Below, piece after piece: positions 11,118 through 20,051 of a stretch of 64,000 nucleotides of DNA (position 1 is its first letter; every line of letters begins with the position of its first letter). The notes below the pieces were generated by a model, which searched no databases, was not told where the DNA came from, and saw nothing but the letters and a program-made list of their open reading frames with translations. Origin of the DNA: Armatimonadota bacterium (GTDB lineage: Bacteria; Armatimonadota; SYMT01). The position numbers and the translations under genes are program-made. Location: assembly GCA_046292385.1 (NCBI GenBank), contig JBKBRF010000002.1:171653-235652 (forward strand), written 5' to 3'.

Positions 11118-11816
11118 CGCCTCCAGCACCGCGTCCGGGAGCGGGCTCCCGTCGAGCGGCGCCGGCTGGCGGTCGGCCTGCGGGAAGCGCGGCACGATGC
11201 CCAATATGGGGGTCCCGGCCAGCCGCTCGATCTCCGCGGGGCTGGTCCGCTCCGCCAGGTCGGGATCGTCCGGGTACCCGCTGATCACCACCCCCATCAC
11301 GCGCAGCCCCGCGCTCCGGGCGAAGCGGACCGTGAGCAGCGTGTGGTTGATCGTTCCGAGGGATGGCCGCGCCACCACCAGGACCGGCAGCTCGAGGTCG
11401 CGGGCCAGGTCGCTCATCAGGTAGTCGTCCCGCAGCGGCACGCCGAGGCCGCCCGCCCCCTCGACGAAGAGCAGGTCGTGGCGCCGGCGCAGCTCCCGGT
11501 AAGCGGCGAAGAGCGGCTCCAGCTCCACTTCCCGTCCTTCCAGCCTCGCCGCCACCGAGGGGGCCAGCGGCTCCCGCAGCGTGAGGGGGCAGACCAGCTC
11601 CGGCGGATCGACCGCTCCGGCCGCCCGCCGCAGCCGCTCCGCGTCGCGCAGCGCCGGGTCGGCGGCGGGGTCGATCCCGGTCTCCACCGGCTTCATCGCG
11701 CCGGCGTCGTGTCCCCGCCGCCGCAGCTCCGCGACGAGCGAGGCGGTGACGACCGTCTTCCCGACGCCGGTATCGGTGCCGGTCACGAAGATCCCGCCGG
11801 ACCCGCGTTCACTCAT
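11106..11816 (-). CDS. bioD: Dethiobiotin synthase
   Basis: FVTGTDTGVGKT, MKPVETG, VEGAGG, LGTINHT. Confidence 0.97.
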   Translation of the reverse strand: MSERGSGGIFVTGTDTGVGKTVVTASLVAELRRRGHDAGAMKPVETGIDPAADPALRDAERLRRAAGAVDPPELVCPLTLREPLAPSVAARLEGREVELEPLFAAYRELRRRHDLLFVEGAGGLGVPLRDDYLMSDLARDLELPVLVVARPSLGTINHTLLTVRFARSAGLRVMGVVISGYPDDPDLAERTSPAEIERLAGTPILGIVPRFPQADRQPAPLDGSPLPDAVLEALFR

Positions 11817-12972
11817 CCACCACCTCCCGGAACGCCGCCAGCACCGCGTCCAGATCTGCTTCCGTATGCGAGGCGGTGACGCTCGCCCGCAGGCGCGCGG
11901 TGCCGGGCGGGACCGTGGGCGGGCGGATCGCCGGCACCCAGACGCCGCGCTCCTCCAGCCTGCGGGAGACGCGGATCGCCTCTTCCGCCGCTCCGATCAC
12001 CACGGGGACGATCGGCGTCTCGCCGCCCCGCGCGTCGAATCCGAGCGCGCGCAGCCCCTCCGCCAAGCGCGCGGCGCCCCGCAGCACCCGGGCCCGCCGC
12101 CCCGGCTCCCGCGCGGCCACCTGCAGCGCCACGAGGGCCGCGGCCACCGTGGAGGGCGCCGGCGCGGTGGAGAAGATGAAGCTGCGTGCCCGGTTGCGCA
12201 GGTACTCGGCCAGGGTGGAGGAGCCGGCGACGAAGCCCCCCTCCGCCCCGAGCGCTTTGCTCAGAGTCCCCATCTGCACCGCCACCCGGCTCTCCACCCC
12301 CAGCAGCTCCGCGGTGCCGGCGCCCCGCTTCCCCAGTACGCCGGTGCCGTGGGCGTCGTCGACCATCACCCAGGCACCGCGCTCCTCACAGAGGTCGCAC
12401 AGGGCGGGGAGGGGGGCGAGGTCGCCGTCCATGCTGAAGACGCCGTCGGTCACCAGCAGCGCTCGGCGAAAGCGCTCGCGGTCAGCGAGCAGCTCTGCCG
12501 CGTGCTCGGCGTCTCCGTGTCGATAGACCCGCACCTCCGCGCGGCTCAGGCGGCAGCCGTCGATCAGCGAGGCGTGGTTCAGGGCGTCGCTCAGGACCAG
12601 GTCGCCGCGGCCCACCAGCGCCGGGATGGTGCCGACCGCGGCGAGATAACCGCTGGAGAAGAGGACCGCCTCCTCCGCCCCCTTCAGCGCCGCGAGCTCC
12701 CGCTCCAGCTCCGCGTGGAGGGTGAGCGTCCCGGTGGTAAGGCGCGACCCCGTGGCCCCGGCGCCCCACTTCTCCGCGGCGTCCGCGGCGGCGGCGCGGA
12801 CCTCCGGATGCTCCGCCAGCCCGAGGTAGTTGTTCGAGCCGAGGACGATCCGCTCCCGCCCCTCGACCGTGACGCGCGGACCGGCGGCCGACTCGACTCG
12901 CCGGGGGACCCGCCGGAGCCCCGCCGCGGCAAGCCGGTCCAGCTCCTCACGCAGCTCCCGGTCCAGCTCCAT
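11809..12972 (-). CDS. bioF: 8-amino-7-oxononanoate synthase
   Basis: SNNYLGL, DALNHAS, DGVFSMDGD, DDAHG, GTLSKA (PLP lysine), IRPPTVP. Confidence 0.97.
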   Translation of the reverse strand: MELDRELREELDRLAAAGLRRVPRRVESAAGPRVTVEGRERIVLGSNNYLGLAEHPEVRAAAADAAEKWGAGATGSRLTTGTLTLHAELERELAALKGAEEAVLFSSGYLAAVGTIPALVGRGDLVLSDALNHASLIDGCRLSRAEVRVYRHGDAEHAAELLADRERFRRALLVTDGVFSMDGDLAPLPALCDLCEERGAWVMVDDAHGTGVLGKRGAGTAELLGVESRVAVQMGTLSKALGAEGGFVAGSSTLAEYLRNRARSFIFSTAPAPSTVAAALVALQVAAREPGRRARVLRGAARLAEGLRALGFDARGGETPIVPVVIGAAEEAIRVSRRLEERGVWVPAIRPPTVPPGTARLRASVTASHTEADLDAVLAAFREVVDE

Positions 12973-14293
12973 CGCCCTCGGTCTCCAGCCGGATCGCGCG
13001 GTAGAGGATCTCCAGCATCGCGTCGAGATCCGCCTCGGTGCTGGCGAGCGGCGGCATGAAGATCACCACGTCGCCGAGCGGGCGCGTGATCATCCCGAGC
13101 TCGCGGGCCCGCATGCAGACCCGCGCCCCAACCGCCTCCTGCCAGGGGTACGGCTCGCCCCGGGCGGGATCTGCCGCCAGCTCGATCCCGATCATCAACC
13201 CGCACTGGCGGATCTCCGCCACGTGCGGCAGCTCCCGGAAGCGCCGCAGCCCCTCGCGGACCCGGTCGATCTTCGGAGCCAGCCCGTCGATCACCCGCTC
13301 GCGCTCGAAGATCTCCAGGTTCGCCACCGCGGCGGCGCAGGCAAGCGGGTTTCCGGTGTAGGAGTGGCCGTGGTAGAACGTCTTCCGCTCGGCGAAGTCA
13401 CCCAGGAAGGCGGAGTAGATCTCCTCGGTCGTCAGCGTCGCGGCCAGCGGCAGGTAGCCGCCGGTGATCCCCTTCGCCACGCACATCAGGTCGGGCGAAA
13501 CCTCCTCGTGCTCGCAGGCGAACATGCGCCCGGTGCGCCCGAAGCCGGTGGCGACCTCGTCGACGATCAGCAGCGTGCCGTACCGGTCGCACAGCTCCCG
13601 CACGCGCCGCAGGTAGCCGCGCGGGTGGACCAGCATCCCGCCCGCGCCCTGGATCAGCGGCTCCACCACCACCGCGGCCACGGTGTCGCCGTGCTCCCGC
13701 AGCAGCGCTTCCATGCCCTCCGCAGCTTCCTCGGCGGTGGAGAACTGGGCGGGGCACGGCGCGAAGTGCGCCTCGAAAAGCAGGCGACGGAAGATGCCGT
13801 GGAAGAGCGGGATGCCGCCGATGCTGACCGCGCCGACCGTATCGCCGTGGTACCCCTCCGAAAGACCGATGTAGCGCGATCGCTGCTCCTGGCCCCGGTG
13901 GCGCCAGTACTGGTACGTCATCTTCAGCGCGATCTCCACCGCCTCGGAGCCGCTGTCCGAGTAGAAGACCCGCTGCAGCCCCGTCGGGGCGATCCGCACC
14001 AGCCGCGCCGCCAGCTCCGCGGCGAGCGGGTGCGTGAGTCCCAGCATGGTGGAGTGCGCCAGCTTCCCGAGCTGCGCCTGCACCGCCGCGTCGAGCGCCG
14101 GGTGCCGGTGGCCGTGGACGTTCACCCAGAGGGAGGAGTTGCCGTCGTAGTACTCGCGACCGTGGATATCGCGCAGCTTCACGCCGTCGCCGCTCTCGAT
14201 GAAGAGCGGCTCGCCGGCCTCCCAGTCGCGCATCTGCGTGAAGGGGTGCCAGACGTGGCGGCGTTCGAGGGAGGAGAGCTCTTCGGGAGTCAT
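12947..14293 (-). CDS. bioA: Adenosylmethionine-8-amino-7-oxononanoate transaminase
   Basis: Start MTPEELSS; VWHPFTQM, SSLWVNVHGH, YHGDT, DEVATGFGRTG, AKGITGG, HGHSYTGNP. Confidence 0.97.
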   Translation of the reverse strand: MTPEELSSLERRHVWHPFTQMRDWEAGEPLFIESGDGVKLRDIHGREYYDGNSSLWVNVHGHRHPALDAAVQAQLGKLAHSTMLGLTHPLAAELAARLVRIAPTGLQRVFYSDSGSEAVEIALKMTYQYWRHRGQEQRSRYIGLSEGYHGDTVGAVSIGGIPLFHGIFRRLLFEAHFAPCPAQFSTAEEAAEGMEALLREHGDTVAAVVVEPLIQGAGGMLVHPRGYLRRVRELCDRYGTLLIVDEVATGFGRTGRMFACEHEEVSPDLMCVAKGITGGYLPLAATLTTEEIYSAFLGDFAERKTFYHGHSYTGNPLACAAAVANLEIFERERVIDGLAPKIDRVREGLRRFRELPHVAEIRQCGLMIGIELAADPARGEPYPWQEAVGARVCMRARELGMITRPLGDVVIFMPPLASTEADLDAMLEILYRAIRLETEGDGAGPGAA

Positions 14294-14391
14294 GGGGCCT
14301 TCTGGACTGACATCACGGTGCGGTCGAGCCGCAGCCGAACAACCTGCCTGGGGGAGATTCACTCCTCGTCTCGGAGACGGCATTTCTCCGG

Positions 14392-14618
14392 GGATCCACC
14401 CCGCGCCCTCACCGAACGGAGCGGCCCTCCCGCGTGAATGGCCCACCCGCAGTCCTTTCACGCCCTTCGGGCTAGCGGACTGCTCCGGGCGTGCGCTCCG
14501 AGACGCTGCGCTCCGCGATTGTGAGCGGCGGCTTCCACAATGCGACGATTTACGGGCCGCTCCGTTCGGCTCAAGCGACCACCCCTCGCCAGGGGTGGTC
14601 ACAAGTGGAGCCCTGCGG
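14392..14618 (-). ncRNA. Structured repeat element, copy A (candidate ncRNA or non-autonomous mobile element)
   Basis: Hairpin gaccacccct/aggggtggtc; 17-bp long-range stem 14411-14427 with 14554-14570; aligns by eye with copies B, C, D. RNA status is inference. Confidence 0.5.
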
Positions 14619-14731
14619 ACGTGCCTTCGGCACACCCTTCGTGCTCCGCGAGCCGGACCCGTTACCTGTCAGCAGGATGGTTGACGTGGACAGCACTGGC
14701 GGCCACCGACCCGTTCTATCACGATGCGTCG

Positions 14732-15634
14732 TCAGGGTTCGAGGAGGGCGCGGCGGAGGACGCCGCCGGCCTTCTCCAGGCGGGCACGGGAGGTCTCCGC
14801 GTTTTCGCCGGTGAGGCCCATCATGATGGCGAGCTTCGTCTCCCGCCCGCTCTCCTCGAAGAGCCGGGCGGCGGTCGCTTCGTCGACCCCGGCGACGAGC
14901 CGGATCAGCCGGTGCGCGCGGTGGACCAGCTTCTCGTTGGTGGCGCGGACGTCGACCATCAGGTTGCCGTAGGTCTTGCCGATCCGCACCATCGCCAGGC
15001 TGGTCAGCATGTTCAGCACCAGCTTCTGGGCGGTGCCGCTCTTCATGCGCGTGGAGCCGCTGATCGGCTCCGGACCGACCACCGGCGCGATCAGCACGTC
15101 GACGACACCCTCCATCTCGGACGGGCGGTTGGTGGTGACGCCGAGGGTGGGCGTGCCGCGCCGCCGGGCCTCCGCCAGGGCGCCGAGCACGTACGGGGTG
15201 CGGCCGCTGGCGGCGATGCCGCAGACGACGTCGTCCGGCCCGATCTCCAGCTCCGCCACCGCGGCGGCGCCCTGGGCCGGGTCGTCCTCCGCCCCTTCGA
15301 TGCTCCGCCGGAGCGCCGCGTCGCCTCCCGCGATGATCCCGATCACCCGGTCCGGCTCCAGGCCGTAGGTCGGCGGGATCTCGGACGCGTCCAGGCACCC
15401 GAGCCGCCCGCTGGTGCCGGCGCCGACGTAGATCAGCCGCCCGCCCGCGCGGAGCGCCCGCTCCACCAACTCCACGGCCCGCGCGATCTCCGGGATCACC
15501 TCCCGCACCGCCAGGGCGACCTTCTGGTCCTCGTCGTTGAGCCGGTAGAGCGCTTCCTCGATCGGGAGGAGGTCCAGCTCCGTAGTATGGGGGTTCGCCT
15601 GCTCCGTCGTGAGCTGGTCCAGGTTGAGCGCCAC
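14732..15634 (-). CDS. murQ: N-acetylmuramic acid 6-phosphate etherase
   Basis: TEQANP, GAGTSGRLG..DASEIPPTYG, EGAED, ASGRTPY, GPE..SGSTRMKSGTAQK, YGNLMVDV. Confidence 0.97.
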   Translation of the reverse strand: MALNLDQLTTEQANPHTTELDLLPIEEALYRLNDEDQKVALAVREVIPEIARAVELVERALRAGGRLIYVGAGTSGRLGCLDASEIPPTYGLEPDRVIGIIAGGDAALRRSIEGAEDDPAQGAAAVAELEIGPDDVVCGIAASGRTPYVLGALAEARRRGTPTLGVTTNRPSEMEGVVDVLIAPVVGPEPISGSTRMKSGTAQKLVLNMLTSLAMVRIGKTYGNLMVDVRATNEKLVHRAHRLIRLVAGVDEATAARLFEESGRETKLAIMMGLTGENAETSRARLEKAGGVLRRALLEP

Positions 15635-15647
15635 GCCTCCGCCCTTC

Positions 15648-15677
15648 TTGATCGGCGCGGGAGAAGACTGCTATAAT
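15648..15677 (+). promoter_or_regulatory. Sigma70-type promoter for the FmdB gene
   Basis: TTGATC (15648-15653), 18-nt spacer, TG-n-TATAAT (15669-15677). Confidence 0.8.
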
Positions 15678-15686
15678 TCGGCGGTT

Positions 15687-15713
15687 TTAGCACTCACCCG
15701 CGTAGAGTGCTAA
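15687..15713. promoter_or_regulatory. CIRCE operator (HrcA binding site)
   Basis: TTAGCACTC-acccgcgta-GAGTGCTAA, exact match to TTAGCACTC-N9-GAGTGCTAA, 9 nt after the -10 box. Confidence 0.95.
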
Positions 15714-15787
15714 CCGGCCCGGGACCGCCGTGCTTGGCAGCCCGGTTATTCTAGCTTTGAATTCCGCAGGGGAGAAGGAGACGATCA

Positions 15788-16096
15788 GTGCCGACCTACG
15801 TCTACGCCTGTAAAGGCTGTGAGGAGCGGACGGAGCTGCAGCAGCGGATTAGTGATGAGCCGCTGAAGGAGTGCCCCAAGTGCGGAGACAGCGTGCGGCG
15901 CGTGCTGTTCCCGCCCGCCGTGGTCTACAAAGGCTCCGGCTTCTACACCACCGACTACAAGAACGGCTCGTCCGGAAGCAGCTCCTCCGCGAGCAAGCCG
16001 GCCGAGAGCAAGGCGTCGGAGAGCAGCTCCAGCTCGGAGACGAAGACCGAGACCAAGAGCGAGACGAAGTCCGAGACGACTTCGACCGCCAAGTAG
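15788..16096 (+). CDS. FmdB family zinc-ribbon protein with Ser/Thr/Lys/Glu-rich tail
   Basis: MPTYVYACKGC...CPKCG...YKGSGFYTTDY; AAGGAG SD, GTG start. Confidence 0.92.
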   Translation: MPTYVYACKGCEERTELQQRISDEPLKECPKCGDSVRRVLFPPAVVYKGSGFYTTDYKNGSSGSSSSASKPAESKASESSSSSETKTETKSETKSETTSTAK

Positions 16097-16109
16097 CTGC
16101 CGCTGCGGG

Positions 16110-16180
16110 GTTAGCAGGTTGCGGGTCTCGAGCTCCCACGCCCGGAGCGTCCACCCGGAGCCTGCGACCTGCTAACCTGC
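16110..16180. repeat. Palindrome of GCAGGTT/AACCTGC units between convergent genes (possible terminator)
   Basis: gttagcaggttgcggg...cctgcgacctgctaac; related at 38496-38570, 41080-41146, 54594-54626. Confidence 0.7.
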
Positions 16181-16232
16181 GGGAGTCCTCCCCACTCTCC
16201 CTTGCGCCGACTCTCCCACTCAGTTCGGCAGC

Positions 16233-18815
16233 CTAATTCCGGCTGATCGTCTCGCTGAGGTTCAGCAGCGCCCGCGCGACGGCGGTCCAGGCCGCCACCT
16301 CCGCCGGCTCCAGACCGGCGGGCGGAGGCGCGAGGCCGGTGGCGAGCAGCTCCTTCGCGGCGGCGGGGTCGGCCGCATAGATGGCGCGGTTGGCGGCGAG
16401 GAGCTTCCGAAGGGCGCCGACCTCCCGCTCGTTCGGCATCCGTGAGACCGCCTGCCGCCACGCCCAGCGGATCCGGGCCTCGTCGCCGGCGCCTCCCGCG
16501 CGGAGGATGCGCGCGGCGAAGACCCGGGCCGCTTCCACGAAGGTGGGGTCGTTCAGCAGGGTCAGCGCGGCGAGCGGCGTGTTGGTGACCGGCCGCTGCG
16601 CGGTGCACTCCTCCCGCGACGGCGCGTCGAACGCCCGCAGCATCGGGTGGAGGTACTGCCGCTGCCAGTGCATGTAGACGCCCCGCCGCCACTGGGAGTC
16701 GTCCTGATCGGCGGTATAGGTCCGCCTGGGGAAGTTGAGGAGCGAGTAGTATCCCTCCGGCTGGTACGGGCGGGCGCTCGGGCCGCCCAGCCGCTCCACC
16801 AGCAGGCCGCTCACCGCCAGCGCGGTGTCCCGCACCATCTCCGCCGGCAGCCGGAACCGCCCCTGCCGCGCCAGCAGCCGGTTCTCCGGATCCCGCTCCC
16901 GCAGCAGCGGAGACACCACCGACGACTGCCGATACGCGCGGCTCAATACCACCTTTTTGATCAGGGCTTTGATGTTCCACGGATGCGACAGCGGGACAGA
17001 GGGACGGAGTGACGGAGAGAGCTGTGCGCGGATGGCAGAATCGGCTCCGCGGGATGCAGCGGCTCGGACTCCCCCTGTCCCTCTGTCGCTCCGTCGCTCT
17101 GTCTCTCCGTCGAGTCCGTCGTAATCACCAGTGGCGAACGTCACCGCAAGAAAGTCGAGCAGCTCCGGATGCGTCGGCGGCTCCCCCTGGGAGCCGGTGT
17201 CCTCCAGCGAGCGGGAGAGGCCGGCGCCGAAGAGCAGGGCCCAGACCCGGTTCACGAAGACGCGCGCGGTCTGCGGGTGCTCCGGCGAGGTGAGCCAGCG
17301 GGCGAGATCGAGGCGGGTCAGGCGCTCCTCCCGGCCTACCGGTCCGCTCATGAACGCCGGGACAGCCGGCTGGACGATCTCCCCGCCCTCGTCCATCCAG
17401 TCGCCGCGGCGCAGCACGCGCATGGTGCGGGGCGGGACGGAGACGGTGATCATCGTCTTGCGCTTGCGCTTCAGGACCTCCGCATGGCGCGCCTGCAGGG
17501 CCTCCAGCTCTGCGCGCACGGCCTCACCGCTCTCTCCGGCCTGCGCGGCCGCCGCCAGACGCTGCCGGAGCCGCGCGAGCTTCGTCTCCAGGCGCTCCGC
17601 TTCGGCGCGGTCGAAGGGGGAGAGCACCTCCAGCTCCGGCGCGCGGACGGTCGGCGTCTGGTCCGGTCCCGGGTAGGCCCCCTTCTCCTGGACGTCCGCG
17701 AAGAAGGCGGCGAGGCTGTAGAAGTCCTTCTGCGTGTACGGGTCGTACTTGTGGTCGTGGCACTCCGCGCAGCCGACGGTGGCGCCCATCCAGACGACGG
17801 AGAGGTTGCGGACCCGGTCCGCGGCGTACTTCGCCAGGTACTCCTTGTCCTGTGCGCCGCCCTCGTGAGTGGTCTGCAGTAGACGGTTGTAGCCGGTCGC
17901 GATCCGCTGGCCTTCCGTGGCGTTCGGCAGCAGGTCGCCGGCAAGCTGCTCCCGCGTGAACCGGTCGAACGGCATGTTGTCGAGGAAGGCCTGGATCACC
18001 CAGTCCCGGTAGGGCGAGATGTGGTGCTCCTGGTCGCCGTGGTAGCCGACCGTATCCGCGTAGCGCACCAGGTCGAGCCAGAAGACCGCCATCCGTTCCC
18101 CGTAGCGCGGCGAGGCGAGGAGGCGGTCGACCACCTTCTCGTAGGCATCGGGCGAGCGGTCCGCCAGGAAGGCGTCGATCTCCGCCGGCGTGGGCGGCAG
18201 CCCCGTCAGGTCGAACGTGACGCGGCGCAGGAGCGTGGTGCGGTCGGCGTCCGGGGAGGGCTGCAGCCCCGCCGCTTCAAGCCGGGCCAGGACGAAGCGG
18301 TCGATCTCGTTCACCACCCAGCCTTCGTTCCGGACCTTCGGGAGCGGCGGCCGGCGCGGCGGGAGGTACGACCAGTGCGCCTGGTACGGCGCTCCCTGGG
18401 CGATCCACCGCTTCAGCAGCGCGACCTCTTCCGGCGAGAGCTCCTTCCCGGTGTGCGCGGGCGGCATCCGCAGCGCGGCGGGCGCGCTGGTGATCCGCGC
18501 GATCAGCTCGCTCCCGGCGGGATTACCCGGCGCCACGGCGGGACGCCGCCCCTCCCGCTGCGCCTTCGCCCCCTGCTCCGTGTCGAGGCGCAGCCCCGCC
18601 ATCCGCTTGCCGGCGTCCGGCCCGTGGCAGGCGAAGCAGTTGTCCGAGAGGATCGGGCGGATGTCGCGGTTGAACTCCACCCGCTCCGCCCGGCGCGCCT
18701 GGGGCTTCTTCCCGGAGCCGCCGCTGAGCCCCGCGGCGGTCGCGGCGGCGACCGTCCCCGGTAGGGCGACCGCGGCAAGAAGGAGCGGAAGGAGGCGGGG
18801 GAAGCTCATGCCCAT
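16233..18815 (-). CDS. Planctomycete cytochrome c (PSCyt1) / DUF1549 / DUF1553 domain protein
   Basis: Signal peptide; FNRDIRPILSDNCFACHGPD and CAECHDHKYDP CxxCH motifs; PTHPELLD; FDAPSREEC...TNTPL; start 18815 or 18809. Confidence 0.9.
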   Translation of the reverse strand: MGMSFPRLLPLLLAAVALPGTVAAATAAGLSGGSGKKPQARRAERVEFNRDIRPILSDNCFACHGPDAGKRMAGLRLDTEQGAKAQREGRRPAVAPGNPAGSELIARITSAPAALRMPPAHTGKELSPEEVALLKRWIAQGAPYQAHWSYLPPRRPPLPKVRNEGWVVNEIDRFVLARLEAAGLQPSPDADRTTLLRRVTFDLTGLPPTPAEIDAFLADRSPDAYEKVVDRLLASPRYGERMAVFWLDLVRYADTVGYHGDQEHHISPYRDWVIQAFLDNMPFDRFTREQLAGDLLPNATEGQRIATGYNRLLQTTHEGGAQDKEYLAKYAADRVRNLSVVWMGATVGCAECHDHKYDPYTQKDFYSLAAFFADVQEKGAYPGPDQTPTVRAPELEVLSPFDRAEAERLETKLARLRQRLAAAAQAGESGEAVRAELEALQARHAEVLKRKRKTMITVSVPPRTMRVLRRGDWMDEGGEIVQPAVPAFMSGPVGREERLTRLDLARWLTSPEHPQTARVFVNRVWALLFGAGLSRSLEDTGSQGEPPTHPELLDFLAVTFATGDYDGLDGETERRSDRGTGGVRAAASRGADSAIRAQLSPSLRPSVPLSHPWNIKALIKKVVLSRAYRQSSVVSPLLRERDPENRLLARQGRFRLPAEMVRDTALAVSGLLVERLGGPSARPYQPEGYYSLLNFPRRTYTADQDDSQWRRGVYMHWQRQYLHPMLRAFDAPSREECTAQRPVTNTPLAALTLLNDPTFVEAARVFAARILRAGGAGDEARIRWAWRQAVSRMPNEREVGALRKLLAANRAIYAADPAAAKELLATGLAPPPAGLEPAEVAAWTAVARALLNLSETISRN
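16980..17126. repeat. 147-bp in-frame palindromic repeat insertion inside the DUF1553 gene
   Basis: gac(a/g)gag octamer arms in opposite orientation; absent from the paralog at 22581-25802. Confidence 0.8.
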
Positions 18816-18944
18816 CGGGACACCCCCACCGCCTTCGGGTTGCGCGAAGATCGGTCTCGTAACCCGCGCCCGTTCGGGTGGAAAGGAACCGAGCGGCACG
18901 CCGTTGAACCGCGACTCAGCCATTGAGTCTCGGGAGGGAATGAC

Positions 18945-19421
18945 ATGTCGTCCGGTCCGCAGGAAGATCGCCGCAAGCTGCTCGCTTCCATGGGCGCCGC
19001 GCTGCTGCTGCCCGCCCTCGCCCCGCAGCCGGTGGAGGCCGCCGCGCGGGACCGGCGCGCCCGGCGCGCGCTGGAGCGGCTGGAGCGGACCTGGTCCGAC
19101 GCCTTCAACAGCCGGGACGAAGCGACGCTGAACCGGCTCCTGGCGCGCGACTTCGTCTTCGTGGATCAGTTCGGCGCGGTGCTGACCAAAGCGGAGTACG
19201 TCGACATGGTCGTGAACCATATCGAGGTGATCTCCGGCGACATCTTCGACCTCGACATTCGCGTCTTCGGCGACACCGGCATCGCGGTCGGCCGCTTCAC
19301 CGGCACCACCCGCTTCGACGGCGTGGAGAGCACCGGCTCCTTCCGCTTTATCGACGTCTGGGCGCGCCGCGGCGGGCGGTGGGTCGCCGTCTCCTCGCAG
19401 GACACGATCATCCCAGAGTAG
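18945..19421 (+). CDS. NTF2-like (DUF4440) protein with probable Tat signal
   Basis: DRRKLL plus hydrophobic stretch; LLARDFV, IRVFGDTGI, RFIDVWARRGGRWVAVSSQ. Confidence 0.82.
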   Translation: MSSGPQEDRRKLLASMGAALLLPALAPQPVEAAARDRRARRALERLERTWSDAFNSRDEATLNRLLARDFVFVDQFGAVLTKAEYVDMVVNHIEVISGDIFDLDIRVFGDTGIAVGRFTGTTRFDGVESTGSFRFIDVWARRGGRWVAVSSQDTIIPE

Positions 19422-19478
19422 GCCGATGGCGGCACAGATCCTTCTTGTGGTGAAGCCAGCATCCCGGCGTAGGCGCCG

Positions 19479-20048
19479 TTACAGCCATTCGATAGCATCC
19501 CGAAGGAGAGCGACGGTTTGCGTCAGTCGCTGCCGTTCTAGCGTCAGGAGTAGCTCCGGCGCCGAGAGAGGCGGATTCTTCAAGCCCATCCGCTGGCGCC
19601 GGATCGCACCGTAGACCACCGACGGCGCCAGATCGAGCAGGTGGACGACGAACTCGTCCGGGTGTTGAGCGACGATGTCGTACTGCGTCAGCACGCTCGG
19701 CGGGAAGTCAGACTGATTGAAGGTAACGATGACTTCCACACGCCCGCGAATGGCCGCAGCCAGGACATGCCGATCATTCGGGTCGGGTAAGCTCAGAGCA
19801 GGGATGAGGTCCTCAAAGCCGGTTATGAGGCAGTCCCGCACATTTGCATTCATCAACTGCCGAGTGCGTTCCAGTTGGGCTCGTGTCAGATCTTTCCGAT
19901 CTTCGAGGACGTTCCGGATCCATTCTTCGTGGATGGTATCCGTCCAGCGCGCTCGAACCAGATCGGTTACCGCCAGGCGCACCAGTAGGTCGCGCAGCGG
20001 GGCCGGGTACAGAACACACGCATCGTAGAGAACGGTGAAATGGGTCAC
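19479..20048 (-). CDS. PIN domain protein (PIN_3 / VapC50-like)
   Basis: VLYDACVLYP, IHEEW, LPDPNDRHVLAAAI, IVTFNQSDFP, HPDEF. Confidence 0.9.
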   Translation of the reverse strand: MTHFTVLYDACVLYPAPLRDLLVRLAVTDLVRARWTDTIHEEWIRNVLEDRKDLTRAQLERTRQLMNANVRDCLITGFEDLIPALSLPDPNDRHVLAAAIRGRVEVIVTFNQSDFPPSVLTQYDIVAQHPDEFVVHLLDLAPSVVYGAIRRQRMGLKNPPLSAPELLLTLERQRLTQTVALLRDAIEWL

Positions 20049-20051
20049 CGC

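Noticed and set aside
14660..14686. Possible BirA operator (cgttacc-N13-gttgacg) upstream of bioA
   Set aside because: One arm is degenerate, the spacer is short and it lies about 370 bp from the start; not supportable without orthologs
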